From positions 124,001 through 188,000 of the IMG/VR virus record IMGVR_UViG_3300024308_000302: a stretch of 64,000 bases of DNA; one strand, written 5' to 3'. The notes below the pieces were generated by a model. It saw only the letters and a program-made list of their open reading frames with translations. It was not told the origin of the DNA and searched no databases. Numbering within the stretch: the first letter of the stretch is position 1; every line of letters begins with the position of its first letter. Below are positions 1 to 8,538 of the stretch, piece by piece. Made by a program: the position numbers and the translations under genes.

Positions 1-690
1 TATAATGTAGTTGATAGAATCTGAATGGCCTTGAGGAATCAAATTATTCTGTAGATCATTGGCAAAAACAAGATGATCTGATGTTACATCCATAAAGCTT
101 TGATGTTCTTCAATGCCATTAGGGTAGTTGCATTTTCTTTGAATTCCTTCACCCCAAATAGAAATTTGTTGAACATCATCAAGTTTATCCCAATGTGGGC
201 CATCTTTAACCAAAACAGACCCCATAGAAATAACACCATCTTTCATATAGTATGAAGTAGTAGATCCACAAACATGACAATAAGTAGATGGAGCATGAGT
301 TGGCATAATTGCTTGTTTATAAAAGTAAATTGGAGCATCCATAATTTCATCACGGATTAACTCATAACTTTTTCCCTTTTTAATAGCAATATGAATATCA
401 CATACCATTGATTTTAAACATGTCATAACATTTTGTTTAATACTTTCTAGAACAAGCTTGGCCATTCTGGATTTATCATTAGCAAGATTCCCCAGAGTGT
501 AGCCTGAAAAAAGGTTGCTATTGTGCCCACCAAGATCAAGTAGAGTAGAATTGAAAGCATCATTCAATTCGTTTTGAAAAACAGAATGAGTAATAGTATG
601 TTCAGCCATAGACCAAGAAGTATCGCCAGTGGATGCCGATATGCATTTTTGGTGAATAGCTTTGATTAATTGTTCATAATTAATAATCAT
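1..690 (-). CDS. Hypothetical protein, runs off the window; paralog of 9930..11039 and 11117..12205
   Basis: Manual translation MIINYEQLIK...LNDAFNSTLLDLGGHN...CHVCG...YYMKDGVIS...YPNGI matches the motifs of the two paralogs. Confidence 0.85.
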   Translation of the reverse strand, partial: MIINYEQLIKAIHQKCISASTGDTSWSMAEHTITHSVFQNELNDAFNSTLLDLGGHNSNLFSGYTLGNLANDKSRMAKLVLESIKQNVMTCLKSMVCDIHIAIKKGKSYELIRDEIMDAPIYFYKQAIMPTHAPSTYCHVCGSTTSYYMKDGVISMGSVLVKDGPHWDKLDDVQQISIWGEGIQRKCNYPNGIEEHQSFMDVTSDHLVFANDLQNNLIPQGHSDSINYII

Positions 691-756
691 AGTTAACCTT
701 TTGGTGAAAATTAATACTTGATTATACAACAAAACAAAATATTTGTCACCAGAAAT

Positions 757-782
757 AAAAAAGACCTCCGAAGAGGTCTTTT
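757..782 (-). terminator. Intrinsic terminator with C(UUCG)G loop
   Basis: GACCTC-TTCG-GAGGTC followed by a T run on the - strand. Confidence 0.85.
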
Positions 783-786
783 AAAT

Positions 787-845
787 GTGTAGTAGGATTC
801 GAACCTAACAAATGGTTAACAAACCAAGCTCCCAACTGAGTACAC
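787..845 (-). pseudogene. Shrunken tRNA-Asn(GUU)-like element
   Basis: - strand GTGTA-CTCAGTTGGGAG-C-TTGGTTTGTTAACCA...TAGGTTCGAATCCTA-C-TACAC; 5-bp acceptor, no CCA. Confidence 0.5.
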
Positions 846-880
846 TGGCAATTATATCTAATTAGAGGAATTATTGCAAG

Positions 881-1288
881 TTAATAAGAATAAAATTTTC
901 TCATTCTAATTGATTTGTTAATGATTTTCCTAAGCTCTACTTTTTTCTGAACAACATCAGAAGTAGCTTCGATTACCTTGAAAATACGATTTTGTAAGGC
1001 TTCTACATCTTCCTGAAATTTAAAGTAGCGTGATTTAGAGAAGTCATCCATTTCTTCATTGAATTCATCATTTTTCAAGTTAACTATGTCTGTCATGTAA
1101 AGACAGGTAGCATAGTTATTCATGTCAGAATAAAAAGTGGCATTAGCTAAAGAAAGCTCATGTTTAGCCAGAGCAACCATCGAATTTACTGATCGCATTT
1201 TATCAAAAAGAACATTTCGTTTTTTAATGTATACTCGCTTGCATGCACGATAAGCACTAAAACTGTTCAAAAATGACATGGAAAACAT
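881..1288 (-). CDS. Hypothetical protein
   Basis: 135-aa ORF on the dominant strand. Confidence 0.65.
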   Translation of the reverse strand: MFSMSFLNSFSAYRACKRVYIKKRNVLFDKMRSVNSMVALAKHELSLANATFYSDMNNYATCLYMTDIVNLKNDEFNEEMDDFSKSRYFKFQEDVEALQNRIFKVIEATSDVVQKKVELRKIINKSIRMRKFYSY

Positions 1289-1418
1289 CCTATATGTATT
1301 TGAATATCTATTTTAGCAAAATACGATAAGAAAGTAAAGAAAAAAGCCACTCAATTTTCTTTTTAACTGACATATAAACTCCTGCTAAATATGTTATGTA
1401 CTTAATAAAGATAATTAA

Positions 1419-1886
1419 TCAAGTGCAAAACAGACCAGAATCTTTTGAGTATAAAATATGTTCAGCATCATTTTTAACAACGAACATAATTTGACCGGCT
1501 GATTCAACCACTTCTTTATCGTTATGGATATGAGCAAAATAAGTATCACAAGTCAAAACACCAAATGGTTCATGTGCAGTTTCTGGATACAAATCGAAAA
1601 GGACAGACAATTGAGATTTTTTCTGTTCTCCTTTCGAAAACCCAAAAAGAACAAAATCTTCGTCAGCAGTACAAACATCAATATCGAATTTGTATTTATG
1701 TGCCAGTGCAATATCAAGTGGATTATCATTGAATGAGTCCCAACCAACAGGATCGCAATCTGTAAAATCTGCCATCACCTTAGTAAGTTGGTCAGATGAC
1801 AAACTTGAAATTTTAGCCAAAGAAATAGAGTGGGATAGGCCCACAATGTCATGTACTTTAAATTGATTCTCTTGCTCATTAGACAT
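1419..1886 (-). CDS. Hypothetical protein
   Basis: Start revised to MSNEQ (ATG 1886); the longer track ORF overlaps tRNAs and a terminator. Confidence 0.75.
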   Translation of the reverse strand: MSNEQENQFKVHDIVGLSHSISLAKISSLSSDQLTKVMADFTDCDPVGWDSFNDNPLDIALAHKYKFDIDVCTADEDFVLFGFSKGEQKKSQLSVLFDLYPETAHEPFGVLTCDTYFAHIHNDKEVVESAGQIMFVVKNDAEHILYSKDSGLFCT

Positions 1887-1944
1887 GTTTGATATCCACT
1901 GTGTTAATGGATGTATTATATCAAAAAAGGATTTTAAAGTAAAT

Positions 1945-1969
1945 AAAAAACCATGCCGAAGCATGGTTT
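1945..1969 (-). terminator. Terminator ending the first tRNA operon
   Basis: AAACCATGC-TTCG-GCATGGTTT followed by T run. Confidence 0.85.
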
Positions 1970-1974
1970 CTAAG

Positions 1975-2051
1975 TGGTGCCCCCGATAGGAATCGAACCT
2001 ATGACGCGGAGTTGTCTTAACTCCCGCTCTACCTGCTGAGCTACAAGGGAC
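1975..2051 (-). tRNA. tRNA-like RNA with non-canonical anticodon loop (UAAGACA)
   Basis: Good D and T arms, encoded ACCA; loop lacks U33 and purine 37; bulged or mismatched acceptor. Confidence 0.6.
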
Positions 2052-2056
2052 TAATC

Positions 2057-2132
<76 letters not shown>

Positions 2133-2235
2133 ATAATGATTTTTTAAAAACAGTGTTTACTCACTGATGTTTTATTCAGCATAAACTGCTCTGTGTTTTT
2201 CTTCACAGTTGGATATGCCAAAAACATATCCGAAA

Positions 2236-2312
2236 TGGTTGCGGGGGTAGGATTTGAACCTACGATCTCCAGCTTATGAGACTGGTGAGTTACCGGGCTT
2301 CTCCACCCCGCG
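2236..2312 (-). tRNA. tRNA-fMet(CAU)-like
   Basis: CGCGGGG/CCCCGCA acceptor with C1:A72 mismatch, CAT anticodon; anticodon stem CCAGT/GCTGG. Confidence 0.9.
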
Positions 2313-2320
2313 TCAAAACT

Positions 2321-2533
2321 TTAAATTACTTTCAAAACTTGCCATTGTCGCTCAATGTTACTATGAACATCATCAAATTCGTCAAGCTCATCAGCAATCA
2401 ACTTGTTCTCTTGCATTCTTTCCATGCTATGAGTGATCTTCTTGCTATCTCGACCCGGAGAGCAGCAACTCAGTGCTCGCTTACCCCAATATTCATAGCC
2501 AGTAGATTTTGAACCTTTAACCGTTCTACTCAT
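2321..2533 (-). CDS. Small phage-type hypothetical protein within tRNA operon
   Basis: GAGGTG SD before ATG; MSRTVKGSKSTGYEYW. Confidence 0.75.
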   Translation of the reverse strand: MSRTVKGSKSTGYEYWGKRALSCCSPGRDSKKITHSMERMQENKLIADELDEFDDVHSNIERQWQVLKVI

Positions 2534-2566
2534 ACTACACCTCTAAATAAAGACACATTTCAAAAC

Positions 2567-2642
<76 letters not shown>

Positions 2643-2835
2643 ATTAAACGGTAACTGTTAGAATCATACAGCCATACCTTTGTTACAGATTCATATAGGC
2701 CATCGAGACAGCCTTCCACAAAGGTTTTAAGCAAGTAGGAGGGTAAGCCTTTCCTCTTTCTTCCCACGGTTCAAGCCGCTTGCTTAGGTAAATCATTTTT
2801 TAAATCTTCTTTTTGTATCTCGTCTTGATGTGCTC

Positions 2836-2864
2836 ATTATAAGCATTGGAACTAGGAATGTCAA
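2836..2864 (-). promoter_or_regulatory. Consensus sigma70 promoter for tRNA operon
   Basis: TTGACA-17 nt-TATAAT. Confidence 0.85.
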
Positions 2865-2970
2865 CATATTTTTTTAAAAAATTGGATATTTTTTTTAGAT
2901 AAAAAACAGTAAGTTATTAACATTTGTATCTAATACTGTTAAAAATGAAAATCAATATCATTTCAAAGTG

Positions 2971-3249
2971 TTAACGTTTAAAAAAATCAAATAACATTTT
3001 AGAAATGAATGTCAAAGCTAAAACTATAAATACAAAACTTGATCCCATACCTACAGCATACAAAATTTTTGAAAACTCCATATAAGAATGATATTGATCA
3101 ATTGTACCTATAAACTTCGACGGATCAGATTTTAGATCCATAAAGCGATTCGCTGAAAATAAAATAAAAATGGCAGCAGAAAAAGTAAAAAAAATAAAAG
3201 CTAATTGACTGTTACCCATATTTGCAATTCTTTTTATTGTATTTAACAT
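2971..3249 (-). CDS. Two-TM membrane protein
   Basis: Two hydrophobic segments; AGGAG SD. Confidence 0.7.
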   Translation of the reverse strand: MLNTIKRIANMGNSQLAFIFFTFSAAIFILFSANRFMDLKSDPSKFIGTIDQYHSYMEFSKILYAVGMGSSFVFIVLALTFISKMLFDFFKR

Positions 3250-3383
3250 GAATATCTCCTTTTATTTTAAAAAAGATAACAAGAAAATAAAATAAATCAA
3301 GTTAAGATTAACTATTATTTAAAGGAATATATAAAATAAAAAGCCAACAAGATGTTGGCTCTAAAGTATTAATCTCAATTAAA

Positions 3384-4055
3384 TCAGTCCGATCTGTTTA
3401 ATTGTTCAATCCGTTTCCAAGTTTCACGGTTTTTAGCTTTCAGCCCCAAAAGGTCTTCAATACTTGCGGGTTGGAATGATTCATCCAGCCACTGCTCAAA
3501 CGTTTTATTCGCATCACCAACAAATACACTTGAGTATGGAACTACAAGTTCTTTCATAGCATAATTCACCAATTTGCGAGAGTGTGTAATAACTACAATC
3601 AAACCTAGTTGCTCATGGTGTTCATTAATTTGTTGTGCGATATATTGGCCAAGAGCAGAAGAATATTCATCAGCCAAACCAAGATCTGGTTCATCAAGAA
3701 TCAACACAGAGTTGGTTTCTTCAACTGTAGCCTGAATTCCTTTGATAGCGGAACTAACACTATTCATACCTGTGCTGCTGTCAGCTTCATCACCAAAAAT
3801 CAAACGTTGCCCAAACGAACCAGAAGTCCGATTTCGCATCGAGCATGAACGTTTTGTTGCATTGGCTTCTTCTGACACATATTCTACAATTTTCCCAATA
3901 ACACTTTTTCCGCTGGCATTAGAACCAACCACAAACAAGATTTTTGAAGTGGGGTTAATATTGAAATTAACTGGAATGATTGCGTTGTTTTCATCATTAT
4001 TGAAAATTTCAGCATTTTCAAAACGGTCTTGTACAAGCTGAATAATGTTGGTCAT
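3384..4055 (-). CDS. ABC-type P-loop ATPase
   Basis: Walker A GSNASGKS, Walker B LILDEPD, H-loop VITH. Confidence 0.85.
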   Translation of the reverse strand: MTNIIQLVQDRFENAEIFNNDENNAIIPVNFNINPTSKILFVVGSNASGKSVIGKIVEYVSEEANATKRSCSMRNRTSGSFGQRLIFGDEADSSTGMNSVSSAIKGIQATVEETNSVLILDEPDLGLADEYSSALGQYIAQQINEHHEQLGLIVVITHSRKLVNYAMKELVVPYSSVFVGDANKTFEQWLDESFQPASIEDLLGLKAKNRETWKRIEQLNRSD

Positions 4056-4146
4056 TAAAGTATTCTCATCAATAAAAAGTAGGTTATCATATCGTATTTT
4101 AAGAATCGAGTCAACAAAAAATCCGACTAGAAGTCGGATTATGAAG

Positions 4147-4911
4147 TTATTTTATTAATTCTGTTTTTTGTTTAGGACAAATGGAAGCATCATCACAGGT
4201 TGCATGAGAGCCCAAAATTAATTCTTTTTGAGTGTCAGTGATAATGGCTTGTTCAAAAGGACGGTGAGATTGTTGAATATAATCAATCAAATAAGAATCA
4301 TATGTCATAACTAAACCAGCTAAAACAACAATAATTATGGCTGGAAACAATAATCCTTCTTTGATGTATTCATAAAGAGTGACAAAAATAATTACATATA
4401 AAATGATATTGAAAAAATATCCATCCTCAAAACTAGAATAATCATCTATAAAGTAAATAAAGTTATATAAAGCCCCAATAAGTGATATTACAATACCAAC
4501 TAAGACTAAAAAAAATGAAAAACCTTTAAATAACTTCTTATTTTTGACAGCATCTAATTTCTCATCAACAGATAAAGATGATGACATAACTCTTCGTAAT
4601 TGTAGAGAATAAATGATTTCTCCAATAATACTGATAGCTAATAGTGAAAATAAAAAGAATATAGAATCATAGTCTGTAACCTCTATGCCAACATCAAAGA
4701 AATATAATGCAGCAAAGTTTAAAATAAATGCAAGGCCAATAATAGAAGTAGCTTTGGATAACATTTTAGAAAGATAGGAACTAATGGATGTGTCAAGTTC
4801 AAATGCTTCATTCAATTCTTTAATCTCTTCTTTCAATTGTTGCTCAGGAGTTATAGTGTCAGTAGCATTTTTTGTTAGCTTTTTTATAACTCGTTCATTA
4901 CGTATTTTCAT
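4147..4911 (-). CDS. Multi-pass membrane protein
   Basis: About five hydrophobic segments. Confidence 0.75.
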   Translation of the reverse strand: MKIRNERVIKKLTKNATDTITPEQQLKEEIKELNEAFELDTSISSYLSKMLSKATSIIGLAFILNFAALYFFDVGIEVTDYDSIFFLFSLLAISIIGEIIYSLQLRRVMSSSLSVDEKLDAVKNKKLFKGFSFFLVLVGIVISLIGALYNFIYFIDDYSSFEDGYFFNIILYVIIFVTLYEYIKEGLLFPAIIIVVLAGLVMTYDSYLIDYIQQSHRPFEQAIITDTQKELILGSHATCDDASICPKQKTELIK

Positions 4912-5005
4912 ATAAAGTTGTATATTAATTAATTATAGTATATCAAAGAAAATAAAATATTGAATAGTGTTTTAATATTAATATAATAAATAAAACGAGG
5001 TAATT

Positions 5006-5729
5006 ATGTTAAAAAAAATAAAATCGGCATTAAAAGAAAGGAAATACATAACAGTAAAATATGGTGATGAAATGGCAGTTCATTATCCAAAAAAAAGATT
5101 TTCACCAAAAAATGGTATACATAGAAAATTTTATTTAGGTGATGAATTTTGTTCTAATAATACAGATATTAAAATAGGTTTAATGCCTTATTTAGACAAT
5201 GAATTACCAGATTTAATAATAATAGATGAAAAAACCAATCAGTTGACTGAAATGATTTATGTTGTTGATGGTTTAGGATATATCGGAAGAATAGATTGCG
5301 AAAAACCAGCAAAAATAGTAATTAAAGATGGCAAAATAATAAAAGAACAGTATGCAAGATTCGTAAGAAAAAGAGGTGAAAAGAACCATTATTCGATCAA
5401 ATCAAGGATTGCTAAATTTGGAGTAACACAATACACCATACCAGATACAGTGATATACGAAGAAGATGGAAGTATAAATGAAATAGAATCTTTTTGGAGA
5501 TTTGAAGTTGAAAAAGGAAATCAGTTATACGAATTAGATACTGAACTATTATCTTTTGAAAAATATAGATCCTTTAAATTATAAAAAATGGACACAAACA
5601 GAAAGAATATTGGTAAGTATCTATATGGATGTTGAAGTATACAAAGACATTTTTGATAAATTTGATATTGAATGCAGTATAGAAAGTTTTGAAAAAAATA
5701 AAGAACTATTTGAAATGTACTACACTTAA
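5006..5729 (+). CDS. Hypothetical protein, apparently frameshifted (ORF 5006..5584 continues in +1 frame to 5729)
   Basis: GAGG SD; +1 frame open 5538..5729 ending ...KELFEMYYT just before a terminator. Confidence 0.6.
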
Positions 5730-5760
5730 AAAAAAATCCACCCGAAGGTGGATTAGAATA

Positions 5761-5837
5761 TGGTGGATGTAGATGGATTCGAACCACCACCCCGACCCTA
5801 CACAGGCCAGTATACTACCAATTAAGATTATACACCC
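5761..5837 (-). tRNA. tRNA-like RNA with Ala-type acceptor (G3-U70, A73) and aberrant anticodon arm
   Basis: GGGTGTA/TACATCC-ACCA, T arm GGTGG-TTCGAAT-CCATC; 9-nt loop CTGTGTAGG. Confidence 0.6.
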
Positions 5838-5986
5838 ATAGTCGCAGCATTATGCCACTTGACCTTCGCCCCTAACCTACGCTTGGCCCGGATGAACCTA
5901 ATGTTCATCTCCCGTATAAATAGAGCCGGTTCACCCAACCGTTTTATTCAGACACTAAGTCCAAAGCTCTTTAAAACATAATAATT

Positions 5987-6182
5987 TGGTGCCGGAAAAA
6001 GGATTCGAACCTATACTCACCCAGTTAGCATGCCGCCTTCCAAGTAGCTCTCACTTAAATTTTCACTATGTTCAAAAGTAATCGGCCTAATTACCCATTA
6101 CAAAGCTTCCATTTAAGTTCTATGCCGTTCTGGTGATTGATCGATTCACCCACTTGCACAAACCATTGAGACTTATTCCAAC
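5987..6182 (-). ncRNA. 196-nt tRNA-like RNA with a large structured insertion in place of the anticodon arm
   Basis: GTTGGAA/TTCCGGC-ACCA acceptor, AGG-TTCGAAT-CCT T arm, nested internal helices. Confidence 0.6.
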
Positions 6183-6265
6183 ATGTAAAGTGAGAACAAC
6201 AAACAAGCTGAATTTCTTCGCCTTCACTGACGCCATTAACTAGGTCAATGTGTTCTTCTCAAAAC

Positions 6266-6344
6266 TGGTCGGAGTGGCAGGATTCGAACCTGCGACATCT
6301 TGCTCCCAAAGCAAGCGGTATAAGCCGGGCTAACCTACACTCCG
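6266..6344 (-). tRNA. tRNA-Pro(UGG)
   Basis: CGGAGTG...TT-TGG-GA...CACTCCGACCA. Confidence 0.93.
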
Positions 6345-6365
6345 TATCAACTCTTTATGGTGGCC

Positions 6366-6394
6366 ATTATAGCCTAAAACTAGTTAACCGTCAA
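6366..6394 (-). promoter_or_regulatory. Sigma70 promoter for Pro/tRNA-like operon
   Basis: TTGACG-17-TATAAT. Confidence 0.8.
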
Positions 6395-6417
6395 CACCTT
6401 TTTTTAATTATTTTCAA

Positions 6418-7260
6418 TCATTCATGACATTGGTACAAAGCAAAAACAGTATCATCAGGCATAGAAGACATAGTTGTCCAAATAGATTCCAACCAAGCAA
6501 GCTCATCAGCAATTGGAAGTGGGCCAATACAATGAGGTTTTTTATTGATTTCGCCATTAATGATGAACGCATAAGACGCAACTGAATACAGTTCACGAAG
6601 TCTTACAAACAATTCTCGTTCTGGTTCATAATCATAAATGCTTGCATACATAGGGAAAGTGCCTTTCTTCTGCTCTTCCCAAAACTCATCATGAAAAGCA
6701 TCGCCCAAATAGTTATTATGTTTTGCAGCTAACGCATAGAAGGCATCATAATGGCGACCAGCAAATTCACCAGATTCTTTAAAGATGCGTTCAAAATCGA
6801 TATCACCTTTTAAGACCATATCAGCAGTATTCGGGCGAATTACAGTGCCTTTGCGTGGAATACCAGTTTTAATACCAGTTCGACCTTCTTTAACATAATA
6901 GAATCCAGCCCATCCACCACCAAGGGTAAATCCATTGCATTCAGCAAGATCATTTTGGCGTGAAAGAACTTTTTGAACTTGACCAGTATCATCAAGAGTG
7001 TAATACCCATTGTAATGCTCACCATAAGTATCTACTTCTTGGCCGGGTTTAAGCTCATTAATGCACATGTTTTCACATTCATTCAACAAATAATCTGAAA
7101 GAAATCCTTCAAAATCTGCTGGCATTTGAATGCCCAAGTCATACGTAATATCTTTTAGTACCATATAAGGATTAGGCAGTTCTGGAACATGAACACTGGA
7201 ATATTTCAGCATTTGCTGCTCTGGATTATCACCAATCACAGTTACAATAAACGAACCCAT
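6418..7260 (-). CDS. Phage hypothetical protein
   Basis: Start revised to MGSFIVTVIGDNPE (GAGGA SD); LGGGWAG motif. Confidence 0.8.
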   Translation of the reverse strand: MGSFIVTVIGDNPEQQMLKYSSVHVPELPNPYMVLKDITYDLGIQMPADFEGFLSDYLLNECENMCINELKPGQEVDTYGEHYNGYYTLDDTGQVQKVLSRQNDLAECNGFTLGGGWAGFYYVKEGRTGIKTGIPRKGTVIRPNTADMVLKGDIDFERIFKESGEFAGRHYDAFYALAAKHNNYLGDAFHDEFWEEQKKGTFPMYASIYDYEPERELFVRLRELYSVASYAFIINGEINKKPHCIGPLPIADELAWLESIWTTMSSMPDDTVFALYQCHE

Positions 7261-7317
7261 AAGAAAATCCTCATAAAAAATTTGACTGATTATAACATAA
7301 AAATAAGCATATACCAA

Positions 7318-8187
7318 TTAAATAATATGCATATCAAACAAATCTAAATTACTAGTCAAAGTTGTTTTATCTGATGCATAATCTATCCTAAACTTATATA
7401 GAAAACCTTTAAAACCATCAAGTCCATTAATAGCTAAATCATTATATGATGGATAATCATTAAATATATCACTAAATAGATCTGGAAAATCTTCACAACA
7501 TCTCATTATATTTAAAAAACTATTTTCGAAATTCAAATAATCACTTGAATATAATTCTGGTATGTCATTCACACCAAAAATAATAGTCTTATTTGAAAAA
7601 GATGAATTACAAAAAAACTCAATATTAGTAATTGTTTTTTTGTGATCATTCATTGTCTTAACCAAAAAGATAGACGATTTATTAAGAAAGAGAGTCGTCA
7701 AATCTTTTTCTTTAACAGTAGCTGAAAAATCAAAACGTCTTTCGAAATGAGCAGACATAAAATTGAAAGATGCATCTACAGAAATAGAAACATAATTAGT
7801 ATTCATTAGTATAGTGCTTGGTATATTTGAAATATCAAATTTAAATGTTATAAGAAAACGTTGATTTTCAAAAGGCACAGTAGAGTGATATCTTTTTTGC
7901 TTTAACTCACTTTGGTCAGAATAATAATTTGTTTTATTGTCTAAAGAGATATCAACATAATTAATTGTTCCAAGATAGTTGAAATTATATATCCAACGTT
8001 TACTAGAAGAAGCATGGGGGTTATATTTAAATAAAAAATTATCCATAGGGTGCAAAGAACTTGCCGTAATATCACAAGTGAATTCCAATAATGCAAGTAA
8101 CTTTAAATTTATAAACGATTCAAAGTCATCTGCTATATCTATATCATAATGCTCTACATCACATTTTATTGCGTTAAAAATAGACAT
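7318..8187 (-). CDS. Hypothetical protein, C-terminal motif family
   Basis: 289 aa; ends LDLFDMHII. Confidence 0.75.
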   Translation of the reverse strand: MSIFNAIKCDVEHYDIDIADDFESFINLKLLALLEFTCDITASSLHPMDNFLFKYNPHASSSKRWIYNFNYLGTINYVDISLDNKTNYYSDQSELKQKRYHSTVPFENQRFLITFKFDISNIPSTILMNTNYVSISVDASFNFMSAHFERRFDFSATVKEKDLTTLFLNKSSIFLVKTMNDHKKTITNIEFFCNSSFSNKTIIFGVNDIPELYSSDYLNFENSFLNIMRCCEDFPDLFSDIFNDYPSYNDLAINGLDGFKGFLYKFRIDYASDKTTLTSNLDLFDMHII

Positions 8188-8289
8188 AAAATATCCTAAA
8201 AAATTTTGCTAATTATAACATATAACAAATGAAAAAACCATATTAAATATAGTATATCAACCATTTTAATAGAGCAAAAAAAATAAATA

Positions 8290-8496
8290 AAAAAAAGAGC
8301 TATCCATCACTGGAAGCTCTTCTTAAATTAGTGCTGGCTAGCCAGCCTAGTTCCTATTTTTTAAATTTCCCCTCGAAAGGAGCAAAAATGTGTCTACCAA
8401 TTCCACCACCTCAGCATAACTGAGAGAAGGACTCGAACCTTCAAATAAGAACAATCAGGACGTAAACGCGGGAAACAGTCTGGTTGTTGTCTTGAT
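8290..8496 (-). ncRNA. Stand-alone ncRNA containing a circularly permuted tRNA-Leu-like domain (core 8350..8452)
   Basis: Order T arm, loop-closed 7-bp acceptor, Leu-type D arm; enclosed by a 10-bp stem; promoter TTGTCT-17-TACTCT (8503..8531), terminator 8289..8320. Confidence 0.75.
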
Positions 8497-8538
8497 GCTT
8501 ATAGAGTAACAAAAACTAACTATACAGACAAGATATTT

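Noticed and set aside
5987-6182. Call as tmRNA or group I intron-containing tRNA
   Set aside because: No G3-U70, no tag ORF, no recognisable intron core; kept as an unclassified ncRNA
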